DNA of 64,000 nt from Escherichia coli (lineage in GTDB: Bacteria; Pseudomonadota; Gammaproteobacteria; Enterobacterales; Enterobacteriaceae): the NCBI RefSeq assembly GCF_011045215.1, contig NZ_CP049201.1; one strand, given 5' to 3'. Each line of letters begins with the position of its first letter. Positions within the stretch are counted from its first letter, which is position 1. Below the pieces are notes generated by a model. That model was not told where the DNA came from and did no database searches. It was given only the letters and a program-made list of their open reading frames with translations. Position numbers and translations under genes: made by a program. This document shows positions 33,142 through 49,381 of the stretch, in pieces.

Positions 33142-34302
33142 TCAGGTTGGATCAACAGGCACTACGTTCTCACTTGGGTAACAGCCCAATACCTTCATTG
33201 AACGGGTGATTTCCCCTAACTCTTTCAATGCTTTTTGCATTTCCGCTGATTCAAGATTGGCCTGAATATCCAGATAAAACATCTCTTCCCATGGATTACC
33301 GTGAATCGGGCGTGATTCCAGACGGGTCATAATCAGATTGTGGTTGCGCAGTACCAGCAACGCTTCAACCAGCGCACCGGCTTGTTGCCCGGTCGCCATT
33401 AACAACGTCGTTTTCGCCGGAACTTGATCAGACACGTTAATGGCTTTACGCGCCAACACCACAAATCGGGTGAAGTTTTGTCGCTGATTCGCTTCAATCC
33501 GCTCCAGTACCTGCAAACCGTACAAAGTGCCGCCAGCTTCGCTTCCCAACGCAGCAACATGCGGTGATTTTGCCTGTGCAACCTTTTCCATTGCCGCAGA
33601 CGTACTTTCGGTATATTCAATCTTCCAGTGCGGATAACGATTAAGGAATTTGCTGCATTGCTGGAATGGCTGCGGATGGCTGTAGACCGTATTGATGGTA
33701 GATAAATCTGTGGTGCCGGAAACCAGCAGGCAGTGGTCGATTGTAAGGGTCATTTCGCCCACAATCGACAAGCTGGTATGTTGCAGCAGATCGTAAACGT
33801 CGTTTATGGCACCGGAGCTGGTATTTTCAATCGGTACGACGGCATAGTCGGCCTGGCCGGTTTCCACCTGATTAAAAATATCGGCAAATTTGGCGCAGCC
33901 ACTTTCAATGAATTGCTCAAAGTGACGGGCAGCGTACTGACGAGCGGCAAGATGTGAATAGGAGCCTTTGGGGCCGAGAAAAGCGATGCGTGCTGAGTGC
34001 GGATTAATTTTATTGAGATGTTGTTGGAGCAAAGCCTGCTGAGTTAATACGGAATCTTCAATGATGAGCTGGAACAGGCGAGTAATGTAATGGGCGTCCA
34101 GATGGTGCGCTTTACCGAGCGTAATTAATCTTTCCAGTAAATCGCGTTCACGATCAATATCACGTACCGGGCGATGCGAGAGCAGTTTGGCTTTTCCCAC
34201 CTCGACGGCCAGTTCGCGCCGCTCTGCGAGTAATGCTAATAATTTTTCATCCAGCGCGCTGATTTTCTCTCGCAGCGCCAGTAACGGGTTTTCCGATGTC
34301 AT
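33142..34302 (-). CDS. pheA: Chorismate mutase / prephenate dehydratase (PheA)
   Basis: 386 aa, matches PheA. Confidence 0.95.
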
Positions 34303-34321
34303 AGTGTTGCCTTTTTGTTAT

Positions 34322-34350
34322 CAATAAAAAAGGCCCCCCGATTTGGGAGG
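34322..34350 (-). terminator. pheA attenuator terminator
   Basis: On minus strand a GC-rich hairpin (ggcctcccaaatcggggggcc) followed by a T run, between pheL and pheA. Confidence 0.8.
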
Positions 34351-34400
34351 CCTTATTGTTCGTCTTCGCATTCTGTTTCATACGACGAAACGCCTCCCAT

Positions 34401-34448
34401 TCAGGGGAAGGTAAAAAAGAATGCGAAGAAAAACGGTGTGTGTTTCAT
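34401..34448 (-). CDS. pheL: pheA leader peptide PheL (15 aa, Phe-rich)
   Basis: Minus-strand translation MKHTPFFFAFFFTFP-stop. Confidence 0.85.
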   Translation of the reverse strand: MKHTPFFFAFFFTFP

Positions 34449-34551
34449 GTTTGTTTCCTTAAGTGACTTTAGTACAGTACCCGTACTGTTTTCACGCTGT
34501 CAACAAAAAACGCGCCCGAAGGCGCGTTGGCGATACACTCAATATAAAGGA

Positions 34552-34947
<396 letters not shown>

Positions 34948-35169
34948 TCAAAATGTGTGATGGAAATCTCATAATTTTGTCACTTTTTGTCAACGAATCT
35001 TTTTTGTGAGAAATCGCAGGAAGAGGTGTTTTTTTACTTGAGGAATATCTCAAAGCGAGCCATATTTGATGAGATCGATAGTGACTAAATCGCTTCAGTT
35101 TCACATTCACAACTAACAGAATAAAAAAACGGCAGCTCAAGGGCTGCCGTTTTGTGTTTCAGGTTTCTG

Positions 35170-35907
35170 TTATGTATTGCTGCTGTTTGCGGCGATGATT
35201 TTCGCTACTTTTTCAGCTTGCGCATTCATCTGCATCTGACGGTATGCATTTTCCATCAGCGGCAGCGCATCACGCGTAGCCTGGGTATCCGGGTAGTCGC
35301 GCAACATGCCTTCTACGCGGTTAACGACGGCAACCCATGCGCCACGTTCTGTATAGTACTCGGCCACGGAGTATTCATATTTCGCCAGACGATCTTTCAG
35401 GAATACCAGACGTTTGGTGGCATCGGTGGTGTACTGACTGTTTGGATAGCCGCGCACCAGTTTGGAAAAGTCACTAAACGCAGCTCGTGCATGTTGAGGA
35501 TCGCGATCGCTACGGTCAACGCCAAAGAACCCTTGCAGCGCACTGTCATCCAGCGCCATATTGGTCAGGCCACGCATGTACATGACATAATCGATATTCG
35601 GATGGGTCGGGTTAAGGCGAATAAAACGATCGATGGCAGCCTGCGCTAACGGCAAATCGGCGTTTTTATAGTAGGCATAGATGAGATCCAGCTGCACCTG
35701 CTGCGAATACGGACCAAACGGATAGCGATTATCTAACGCTTCCAGTTGCGTTATTGCCTGTCTCCAGTTACCGTCCTGCAGCTTTTGTTGTGCAGTCGCG
35801 TAAATTTCATTTGGCGGATTATCAGGTACTTCTTCCTTTGACCCCGAGCAACCCGCCAAAAACAGGCTTAGTGTGGCGGCTGCCACCAGATATTTCATGC
35901 GCGTCAT
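35170..35907 (-). CDS. bamD: Outer membrane protein assembly factor BamD (YfiO)
   Basis: 245 aa lipoprotein (LAGCSG), TPR-like; matches BamD. Confidence 0.95.
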
Positions 35908-36041
35908 GACGTTTTGACTTTCCTCAAAATGTAATACGGGAGATTCTCTGTTCCTGCTCCCGGTTAAGACCAGCTACAATAGCACACTATATTAAACGGC
36001 AAAGCCGTAAAACCCCAACGATAAACGAAGAAGCAGTATAT

Positions 36042-37022
36042 ATGGCACAACGAGTACAGCTCACTGCAACGGTGTCCGAAAACCAACTCGGTCAACGCTT
36101 AGATCAGGCTTTGGCCGAAATGTTCCCGGATTATTCACGTTCGCGAATAAAAGAATGGATCCTCGACCAGCGCGTGCTGGTTAACGGCAAACTTTGTGAT
36201 AAGCCGAAAGAAAAAGTATTGGGTGGCGAGCAGGTTGCCATCAACGCAGAGATTGAAGAAGAAGCGCGTTTTGAACCGCAGGATATCCCGCTGGATATCG
36301 TCTATGAAGATGAAGACATCATCGTCATTAATAAACCGCGCGACCTGGTGGTTCATCCTGGCGCGGGTAACCCGGATGGCACGGTACTGAATGCGTTGCT
36401 TCATTATTATCCGCCTATTGCCGATGTACCGCGTGCGGGCATCGTCCATCGTCTGGATAAAGACACCACTGGCCTGATGGTTGTGGCAAAAACCGTTCCG
36501 GCTCAGACGCGTTTAGTCGAATCTTTGCAAAGGCGTGAAATTACTCGTGAGTACGAAGCGGTGGCGATTGGTCATATGACCGCTGGCGGTACGGTGGATG
36601 AGCCAATCAGTCGCCACCCGACCAAACGTACTCACATGGCGGTGCATCCGATGGGCAAACCAGCGGTGACTCACTATCGCATCATGGAACACTTCCGTGT
36701 GCACACGCGTCTGCGGTTGCGTCTGGAAACTGGACGTACGCACCAGATCCGCGTGCATATGGCCCATATCACTCATCCGCTGGTGGGCGATCCGGTTTAT
36801 GGTGGCCGTCCGCGTCCGCCAAAAGGTGCTTCGGAAGCGTTTATCTCCACGCTGCGTAAGTTTGACCGCCAGGCGCTTCATGCAACCATGCTGCGTCTTT
36901 ATCACCCGATCTCCGGCATCGAAATGGAATGGCATGCGCCTATTCCACAAGATATGGTGGAGCTGATTGAGGCGATGCGTGCCGATTTCGAAGAACATAA
37001 GGATGAAGTGGACTGGTTATGA
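36042..37022 (+). CDS. rluD: 23S rRNA pseudouridine synthase RluD
   Basis: 326 aa, S4 domain plus RluA-family catalytic motif (HRLDKDTTGLMVVAK). Confidence 0.95.
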   Translation: MAQRVQLTATVSENQLGQRLDQALAEMFPDYSRSRIKEWILDQRVLVNGKLCDKPKEKVLGGEQVAINAEIEEEARFEPQDIPLDIVYEDEDIIVINKPRDLVVHPGAGNPDGTVLNALLHYYPPIADVPRAGIVHRLDKDTTGLMVVAKTVPAQTRLVESLQRREITREYEAVAIGHMTAGGTVDEPISRHPTKRTHMAVHPMGKPAVTHYRIMEHFRVHTRLRLRLETGRTHQIRVHMAHITHPLVGDPVYGGRPRPPKGASEAFISTLRKFDRQALHATMLRLYHPISGIEMEWHAPIPQDMVELIEAMRADFEEHKDEVDWL

Positions 37023-37750
37023 GTAAGCTGATTGTCCCGCAGTGGCCGCTGCCAAAAGGTGTTGCGGCTTGTCGCTCTACTCGTATCGGCGGCGTGAGCT
37101 TGCCCCCGTATGACTCGCTCAACCTCGGTGCCCATTGTGGCGATAACCCGGATCACGTTGAGGAGAATCGCAAGCGACTTTTTGCTGCGGGCAATTTGCC
37201 TTCTAAACCGGTCTGGCTTGAGCAGGTACACGGCAAAGATGTGCTTAAGCTTACTGGCGAACCTTATGCCTCAAAACGAGCAGATGCCTCTTATAGCAAT
37301 ACGCCTGGCACGGTTTGCGCAGTTATGACTGCCGACTGCCTCCCTGTGCTGTTTTGCAATCGAGCGGGAACGGAAGTCGCCGCCGCTCATGCTGGCTGGC
37401 GTGGACTGTGCGCAGGCGTGCTGGAAGAGACAGTTTCCTGTTTTGCTGATAATCCGGAAAATATTCTCGTCTGGTTAGGGCCGGCAATTGGTCCACGCGC
37501 GTTCGAAGTGGGGGCGGAGGTTCGCGAGGCGTTTATGGCAGCAGACGCCAAAGCGAGTACAGCTTTCATTCAGCATGGTGATAAGTATCTGGCGGATATT
37601 TATCTGCTTGCCCGGCAGCGTCTGGCGAGCGTTGGTGTTGAACAAATTTTCGGCGGCGACCGTTGTACATATACGGAAAATGAGACTTTCTTCTCTTATC
37701 GTCGCGACAAGACCACCGGGCGTATGGCAAGTTTCATTTGGCTGATATAA
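37019..37750 (+). CDS. pgeF: Purine nucleoside phosphorylase / laccase-domain protein PgeF (YfiH)
   Basis: 243 aa, matches YfiH; 4-bp overlap with rluD. Confidence 0.9.
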   Translation: MSKLIVPQWPLPKGVAACRSTRIGGVSLPPYDSLNLGAHCGDNPDHVEENRKRLFAAGNLPSKPVWLEQVHGKDVLKLTGEPYASKRADASYSNTPGTVCAVMTADCLPVLFCNRAGTEVAAAHAGWRGLCAGVLEETVSCFADNPENILVWLGPAIGPRAFEVGAEVREAFMAADAKASTAFIQHGDKYLADIYLLARQRLASVGVEQIFGGDRCTYTENETFFSYRRDKTTGRMASFIWLI

Positions 37751-37812
37751 CCTAAAGAATCAAGACGATCCGGTACGCGTGATTTTCTTTTCACATTAAT
37801 CTGGTCAATAAC

Positions 37813-37841
37813 CTTGAATAATTGAGGGATGACCTCATTTA
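37813..37841 (+). promoter_or_regulatory. Sigma-32 (heat-shock) promoter of clpB
   Basis: cttgaa (37813-37818), 14-nt spacer, cctcattta (37833-37841) matches the sigma-32 consensus. Confidence 0.7.
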
Positions 37842-37879
37842 ATCTCCAGTAGCAACTTTGATCCGTTATGGGAGGAGTT

Positions 37880-40453
37880 ATGCGTCTGGATCGTCTTACT
37901 AATAAATTCCAGCTTGCTCTTGCCGATGCCCAATCACTTGCACTCGGGCACGACAACCAATTCATCGAACCACTTCATTTAATGAGCGCCCTGCTGAATC
38001 AGGAAGGGGGGTCGGTTAGTCCTTTGTTAACATCAGCTGGCATAAATGCTGGCCAGTTGCGCACAGATATCAATCAGGCATTAAATCGTTTACCGCAGGT
38101 TGAAGGTACTGGTGGTGATGTCCAGCCATCACAGGATCTGGTGCGCGTTCTTAATCTTTGCGACAAGCTGGCGCAAAAACGTGGTGATAACTTTATCTCG
38201 TCAGAACTGTTCGTTCTGGCGGCACTTGAGTCTCGCGGCACGCTGGCCGACATCCTGAAAGCAGCAGGGGCGACCACCGCCAACATTACTCAAGCGATTG
38301 AACAAATGCGTGGAGGTGAAAGCGTGAACGATCAAGGTGCTGAAGACCAACGTCAGGCTTTGAAAAAATATACCATCGACCTTACCGAACGAGCCGAACA
38401 GGGCAAACTCGATCCGGTGATTGGTCGTGATGAAGAAATTCGCCGTACCATTCAGGTGCTGCAACGTCGTACTAAAAATAACCCGGTACTGATTGGTGAA
38501 CCCGGCGTCGGTAAAACTGCCATCGTTGAAGGTCTGGCGCAGCGTATTATCAACGGCGAAGTGCCGGAAGGGTTGAAAGGCCGCCGGGTACTGGCGCTGG
38601 ATATGGGCGCGCTGGTGGCTGGGGCGAAATATCGCGGTGAGTTTGAAGAACGTTTAAAAGGCGTGCTTAACGATCTTGCCAAACAGGAAGGCAACGTCAT
38701 CCTGTTTATCGACGAATTACATACCATGGTCGGCGCGGGTAAAGCCGATGGCGCAATGGACGCCGGAAACATGCTGAAACCGGCGCTGGCGCGTGGTGAA
38801 TTGCACTGCGTAGGTGCCACGACGCTTGACGAATATCGCCAGTACATCGAAAAAGATGCTGCGCTGGAACGTCGTTTCCAGAAAGTGTTTGTTGCCGAGC
38901 CTTCTGTTGAAGATACCATTGCGATTCTGCGTGGCCTGAAAGAACGTTACGAATTGCACCACCATGTGCAAATTACTGACCCGGCAATTGTTGCAGCGGC
39001 GACGTTGTCTCATCGCTACATTGCTGACCGTCAGCTGCCGGATAAAGCCATCGACCTGATCGATGAAGCAGCATCCAGCATTCGTATGCAGATTGACTCA
39101 AAACCAGAAGAACTCGACCGACTCGATCGCCGTATCATCCAGCTCAAACTGGAACAACAGGCGTTAATGAAAGAGTCTGATGAAGCCAGTAAAAAACGTC
39201 TGGATATGCTCAACGAAGAACTGAGCGACAAAGAACGTCAGTACTCTGAGTTAGAAGAAGAGTGGAAAGCAGAGAAGGCATCGCTTTCTGGTACGCAGAC
39301 CATTAAAGCGGAACTGGAACAGGCGAAAATCGCTATTGAACAGGCTCGCCGTGTGGGTGACCTGGCGCGGATGTCTGAACTGCAATACGGCAAAATCCCG
39401 GAACTGGAAAAGCAACTGGAAGCCGCAACGCAGCTCGAAGGCAAAACTATGCGTCTGTTGCGTAATAAAGTGACCGACGCCGAAATTGCTGAAGTGCTGG
39501 CGCGTTGGACGGGGATTCCGGTTTCTCGCATGATGGAAAGCGAGCGCGAAAAACTGCTGCGTATGGAGCAAGAACTGCACCATCGCGTAATTGGTCAGAA
39601 CGAAGCGGTTGATGCGGTATCTAACGCTATTCGTCGTAGCCGTGCGGGGCTGGCGGATCCAAATCGCCCGATTGGTTCATTCCTGTTCCTCGGCCCAACT
39701 GGTGTGGGGAAAACAGAGCTTTGTAAGGCGCTGGCGAACTTTATGTTTGATAGCGACGAGGCGATGGTCCGTATCGATATGTCCGAGTTTATGGAGAAAC
39801 ACTCGGTGTCTCGTCTGGTTGGTGCGCCTCCGGGATATGTCGGTTATGAAGAAGGTGGCTACCTGACCGAAGCTGTGCGTCGTCGTCCGTATTCCGTCAT
39901 CCTGCTGGATGAAGTGGAAAAAGCGCATCCGGATGTCTTCAATATTCTGTTGCAGGTACTGGATGATGGGCGTCTGACTGACGGGCAGGGGAGAACGGTC
40001 GACTTCCGTAATACGGTTGTCATTATGACCTCTAACCTCGGTTCCGATCTGATTCAGGAACGCTTCGGTGAACTGGATTATGCGCACATGAAAGAGCTGG
40101 TGCTCGGTGTGGTTAGCCATAACTTCCGTCCGGAATTCATTAACCGTATCGATGAAGTGGTGGTCTTCCATCCGCTGGGTGAACAGCACATTGCGTCGAT
40201 TGCGCAGATTCAGTTGAAACGTCTGTATAAACGTCTGGAAGAACGTGGTTATGAAATCCACATTTCTGACGAGGCGCTGAAACTGCTGAGCGAGAACGGT
40301 TACGATCCGGTCTATGGTGCACGTCCTCTGAAACGTGCAATTCAGCAGCAGATCGAAAACCCGCTGGCACAGCAAATACTGTCTGGTGAATTGGTTCCGG
40401 GTAAAGTGATTCGCCTGGAAGTTAATGAAGACCGGATTGTCGCCGTCCAGTAA
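37880..40453 (+). CDS. clpB: Chaperone disaggregase ClpB
   Basis: 857 aa from [11 protein letters not shown]...; two AAA+ modules with Walker A ([16 protein letters not shown]). Confidence 0.95.
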
Positions 40454-40459
40454 ATGATA

Positions 40460-40486
40460 AAACGAGCCCTTCGGGGCTCGTTTTTG
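40460..40486 (+). terminator. Rho-independent terminator after clpB
   Basis: acgagcccttcggggctcgt hairpin followed by a T run. Confidence 0.85.
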
Positions 40487-40567
40487 TCTATAAGTTAGAC
40501 GGAAAAGACTATATTTAAGATGTTTTGCCTGAAAAGTGAGCGAACGATAAAGTTTTTATATTTTTCG

Positions 40568-40596
40568 CTTGTCAGGCCGGAATAACTCCCTATAAT
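40568..40596 (+). promoter_or_regulatory. rRNA operon promoter P1
   Basis: -35 cttgtc (40568-40573), -10 tataat (40591-40596), GC-rich discriminator gcgccacc; A/T-rich UP-element-like stretch just upstream. Confidence 0.8.
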
Positions 40597-40687
40597 GCGC
40601 CACCACTGACACGGAACAACGGCAAACACGCCGCCGGGTCAGCGGGGTTCTCCTGAGAATTCCGGCAGAGAAAGCAAAAATAAATGC

Positions 40688-40715
40688 TTGACTCTGTAGC
40701 GGGAAAGCGTATTAT
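40688..40715 (+). promoter_or_regulatory. rRNA operon promoter P2
   Basis: -35 ttgact (40688-40693), -10 tattat (40710-40715). Confidence 0.75.
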
Positions 40716-40752
40716 GCACACCCCGCGCCGCTGAGAAAAAGCGAAGCGGCAC

Positions 40753-40765
40753 TGCTCTTTAACAA
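40753..40765 (+). promoter_or_regulatory. rrn leader boxA antitermination element
   Basis: tgctctttaacaa in the 16S leader. Confidence 0.7.
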
Positions 40766-40896
40766 TTTATCAGACAATCTGTGTGGGCACTCGAAGATAC
40801 GGATTCTTAACGTCGCAAGACGAAAAATGAATACCAAGTCTCAAGAGTGAACACGTAATTCATTACGAAGTTTAATTCTTTGAGCATCAAACTTTT

Positions 40897-42438
<1,542 letters not shown>

Positions 42439-42523
42439 CCTTAAAGAAGCGTTCTTTGTAGTGCTCACACAGATTGTCTGATAGAAAGTGAAAAGCAAGG
42501 CGTCTTGCGAAGCAGACTGATAC

Positions 42524-42599
42524 GTCCCCTTCGTCTAGAGGCCCAGGACACCGCCCTTTCACGGCGGTAACAGGGGTTCGAATCCCCTAGGGGACGCCA
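42524..42599 (+). tRNA. gltW: tRNA-Glu (UUC) in the 16S-23S spacer
   Basis: GTCCCCTTCGTCTAGAGGCCCAGGACACCGCCCTTTCACGGCGGTAACAGGGGTTCGAATCCCCTAGGGGACGCCA. Confidence 0.97.
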
Positions 42600-42783
42600 C
42601 TTGCTGGTTTGTGAGTGAAAGTCACCTGCCTTAATATCTCAAAACTCATCTTCGGGTGATGTTTGAGATATTTGCTCTTTAAAAATCTGGATCAAGCTGA
42701 AAATTGAAACACTGAACAACGAAAGTTGTTCGTGAGTCTCTCAAATTTTCGCAACTCTGAAGTGAAACATCTTCGGGTTGTGA

Positions 42784-45686
<2,903 letters not shown>

Positions 45687-45779
45687 ACAACGCCGAAGCT
45701 GTTTTGGCGGATTGAGAGAAGATTTTCAGCCTGATACAGATTAAATCAGAACGCAGAAGCGGTCTGATAAAACAGAATT

Positions 45780-45899
45780 TGCCTGGCGGCCGTAGCGCGG
45801 TGGTCCCACCTGACCCCATGCCGAACTCAGAAGTGAAACGCCGTAGCGCCGATGGTAGTGTGGGGTCTCCCCATGCGAGAGTAGGGAACTGCCAGGCAT
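45780..45899 (+). rRNA. rrfG: 5S ribosomal RNA
   Basis: TGCCTGGCGGCCGTAGCGCGGTGGTCCCACC...GGGAACTGCCAGGCAT, 120 nt. Confidence 0.97.
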
Positions 45900-45911
45900 C
45901 AAATTAAGCGA

Positions 45912-45938
45912 AAGGCCATCCGTCAGGATGGCCTTTTT
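45912..45938 (+). terminator. rRNA operon terminator (T1-like)
   Basis: ggccatccgtcaggatggcc hairpin followed by a T5 run. Confidence 0.8.
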
Positions 45939-45958
45939 GCATTGGCGCAGAAAAAAAT

Positions 45959-45995
45959 GCCGGATGCGACGCTGGCGCGTCTTATCCAGCTTACG
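45959..45995. repeat. REP-like repetitive extragenic palindrome
   Basis: gccggatgcgacgctggcgcgtcttatccagcttacg resembles the REP consensus (GCCGGATGCG...CTTATCCGGCCTAC). Confidence 0.5.
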
Positions 45996-46248
45996 CAGGC
46001 ACGATAGGGGGCCGCTTATTCCTCCACATACGCCAGCGAATACGGCTTCCCCAACTTGCTCACTTCCATACGTGTCCTCCTTACCAGAAATTTATCCTTA
46101 AGCTCCTCAATAACCATTTTCCTGCTAACTAAATTCATGGTTAAGGTTGCATAATGATACGCAACAAATGTATAACATTTTCTTTACCAAAAGAAATAAA
46201 CAAAAGCGACCGACAAAAGCATCGGATTACGGCAGGAGACATAATGGC

Positions 46249-47547
46249 ATGGCTGAAAGTACTGTAACGGCAGACAGCAAACTGACAAGTAGTGATACAC
46301 GTCGCCGCATTTGGGCGATTGTGGGGGCCTCTTCAGGTAATCTGGTCGAGTGGTTCGATTTCTATGTCTACTCGTTCTGTTCACTCTACTTTGCCCACAT
46401 CTTCTTCCCTTCCGGGAACACGACGACTCAACTACTACAAACAGCAGGTGTTTTTGCTGCGGGATTCCTGATGCGCCCAATAGGCGGTTGGCTATTTGGC
46501 CGCATAGCCGATAAACATGGTCGCAAAAAATCGATGCTGCTATCGGTGTGTATGATGTGTTTCGGCTCACTGGTAATCGCCTGTTTGCCTGGTTATGAAA
46601 CAATCGGTACGTGGGCTCCGGCATTATTGCTTCTCGCGCGTTTATTTCAGGGATTATCCGTTGGCGGAGAATATGGCACCAGCGCCACCTATATGAGTGA
46701 AGTTGCCGTTGAAGGGCGCAAAGGTTTTTACGCATCATTTCAGTATGTGACGTTGATCGGCGGACAACTGCTAGCCCTACTGGTTGTCGTGGTTTTACAA
46801 CACACCATGGAAGACGCTGCACTCAGAGAGTGGGGATGGCGTATTCCTTTCGCGTTAGGAGCTGTGTTAGCTGTTGTGGCGTTGTGGTTACGTCGTCAGT
46901 TAGATGAAACTTCGCAACAAGAAACGCGCGCTTTAAAAGAAGCTGGATCTCTGAAAGGATTATGGCGCAATCGCCGTGCATTCATCATGGTTCTCGGTTT
47001 TACCGCTGCGGGCTCCCTTTGTTTCTATACCTTCACCACTTATATGCAGAAGTATCTGGTAAATACTGCGGGAATGCATGCCAACGTGGCGAGTGGCATT
47101 ATGACTGCCGCATTGTTTGTATTCATGCTTATTCAACCACTCATTGGCGCGCTGTCGGATAAGATTGGTCGCCGTACCTCAATGTTATGTTTCGGTTCGC
47201 TGGCAGCGATTTTTACCGTTCCTATTCTCTCAGCATTGCAAAACGTTTCCTCGCCTTATGCCGCTTTTGGTCTGGTGATGTGTGCCCTGCTGATAGTGAG
47301 TTTTTATACATCAATCAGTGGAATACTGAAGGCTGAGATGTTCCCGGCACAGGTTCGCGCATTAGGCGTTGGTCTGTCATATGCGGTCGCTAATGCTATA
47401 TTTGGTGGTTCGGCGGAGTACGTAGCGTTGTCGCTGAAATCAATAGGAATGGAAACAGCCTTCTTCTGGTATGTGACCTTGATGGCCGTGGTGGCGTTTC
47501 TGGTTTCTTTGATGCTACATCGCAAAGGGAAGGGGATGCGTCTTTAG
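46249..47547 (+). CDS. kgtP: Alpha-ketoglutarate permease KgtP (MFS)
   Basis: [39 protein letters not shown]... 432 aa; start is the internal ATG of ORF 46147..47547. Confidence 0.95.
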
Positions 47548-47888
47548 TGACGGGTCAGTTGCCAGACGGTATAGCCGGTGCTTGCACCGGCGACATCCCA
47601 GGCCAAATCCTTCCAGCTCCAGCCGCTCCCTTCGGGGCGGCTATCCCAAAGCTCTTTTGACGCCCCCAAACTGACAGAGAACATCAATCCAAACATGGCA
47701 CTGCGATCCCGGCTCATCCCCTGATGCTGTGAATATTCATTTCCGGCGGCGGAAAGCATCGCCGAGGCGATAAAGTGTTGAGCTTTATCCTGCCCGCTCC
47801 AGCTATCGTTAGCCATATGGCTGCATCCAGAAAGTAACAATAGCGAACAGACAAAAAGAATACGCAAAACGTGGCCTCCAAAAAACAA
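47544..47888 (-). CDS. yfiM: Lipoprotein YfiM
   Basis: Small lipoprotein (lipobox LSGC) between kgtP and pssA as in K-12; true start probably a few codons inside the ORF. Confidence 0.75.
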
Positions 47889-47912
47889 ACCCCGTACAGG
47901 ACGGGGTTGTGA

Positions 47913-49271
47913 TTACAGGATGCGGCTAATTAATCGGTCGATGCGGATACGGCGCAAACGGCGGATGAGTTTACGAACCTTCACCGGATAATCGGCAATA
48001 CTTTGCAGATCGCGATAGTGCTTAACGATGGTGGTATGCTCGCGGATCAGCTCCAGTTCTTTCTCTCGCTGCGGCGCAAGCTCCAGTTGTGGATCGTGGA
48101 TCAAAATGGCGTTTTCCAGATCCAGACGCCAGGCGCGCGGGTTCAGGTTATTACCGGTGATCAACATCCACTTATCATCAACCCACATCCCTTTTAGGTG
48201 ATAGGTGTTGTCGTCATCTTTCCATAACCGAACCACTAGCTGGTCAGTATTGACGTAATACTGCAAACGGCTCAGGAAACGACGCAGATTGATCTCATAG
48301 AGATAAGGCAATGCGCCAATTATCTTGAAAGGTTCATCTTCCGGAATGTAGAAGTCGTTCGCGGTTTTATCACCAACAATAATTTCGACCTTTTTCCCTT
48401 CGCGCAGCAACTGGATAATATTGCGCACAAGGATTGCTGGCAGGTTGAAGTATGGCGTACAGATGGTTAGTTTCTGCTCGGCACAAGGCATAAGATGGAA
48501 AATGGTCTTGTTCAACAGACTCGATTTCCCCAGCCCCACTAGCGGCGTTACGGAAAGCTGATCGTTGTCGGCATCGCCCTGGAAATGATAAGCGGCATCA
48601 CGCAGCTCCTGGCGGAACAGACGAATATCATTCTTGATTTCCGGGCTTTTTGGCCGATTAACATCATCCAGACGATTAACGCCGCGGCCATTCATAATAT
48701 TCTGTGTAACCCATTCAAACATAATGTCTGACATCTTACGGTTACGGATAAGATGATAACGGTCGTAGCGATATTTATCGTGCTGATGCAGGTAAACATC
48801 GTTCAGGCTGGCACCGCTATAAAGTACGCTATCGTCGATGATAAAGCCTTTAAAGTGCAGAACACCAAGGGCTTCACGGGTATTGATTGGAACGCCATAA
48901 ACCGGAACATCTACGCCCGGATTTTCCTGCGCCATGCGGCAGTACCAGTCAGCGTTAGTGTTAGATGCCGCAGCGCCAATGCGTCCACGTTGTGCACGAT
49001 GCCAGTCGACCAGCACCCGCACATCCAGTTCCGGACGCTGCCTTTTAGCTTCATACAACGCGTTCAGAATGCCTTTGCCACCGTCATCCTGTTCGAGATA
49101 CAGGGCGACAATGCAAATGCGCTGCTTCGCGCTGGCTATTTTTTCCAGCAGCGTCTCCCGGAAATCGGCGGGAGCGTAAAAGAAATCGACATCATCAACT
49201 GATTGAGAAATCTTGGGTAGTTGGGCAAGGTGTTGTTGATGTTTATTACGCTTAAATTTTGACAACATCAC
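47913..49271 (-). CDS. pssA: Phosphatidylserine synthase PssA
   Basis: 452 aa, matches PssA (two PLD-like HKD regions). Confidence 0.95.
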   Translation of the reverse strand: MMLSKFKRNKHQQHLAQLPKISQSVDDVDFFYAPADFRETLLEKIASAKQRICIVALYLEQDDGGKGILNALYEAKRQRPELDVRVLVDWHRAQRGRIGAAASNTNADWYCRMAQENPGVDVPVYGVPINTREALGVLHFKGFIIDDSVLYSGASLNDVYLHQHDKYRYDRYHLIRNRKMSDIMFEWVTQNIMNGRGVNRLDDVNRPKSPEIKNDIRLFRQELRDAAYHFQGDADNDQLSVTPLVGLGKSSLLNKTIFHLMPCAEQKLTICTPYFNLPAILVRNIIQLLREGKKVEIIVGDKTANDFYIPEDEPFKIIGALPYLYEINLRRFLSRLQYYVNTDQLVVRLWKDDDNTYHLKGMWVDDKWMLITGNNLNPRAWRLDLENAILIHDPQLELAPQREKELELIREHTTIVKHYRDLQSIADYPVKVRKLIRRLRRIRIDRLISRIL

Positions 49272-49381
49272 AGTGCATTTCTTCTCTGTTCATTGAAGGG
49301 TCCTCTGTGCAATGCAGACGACATAAGCGGGCAATAATAACACCAGTCCCGATTAAGTGGTCAACATTTCCAGTACCTTAC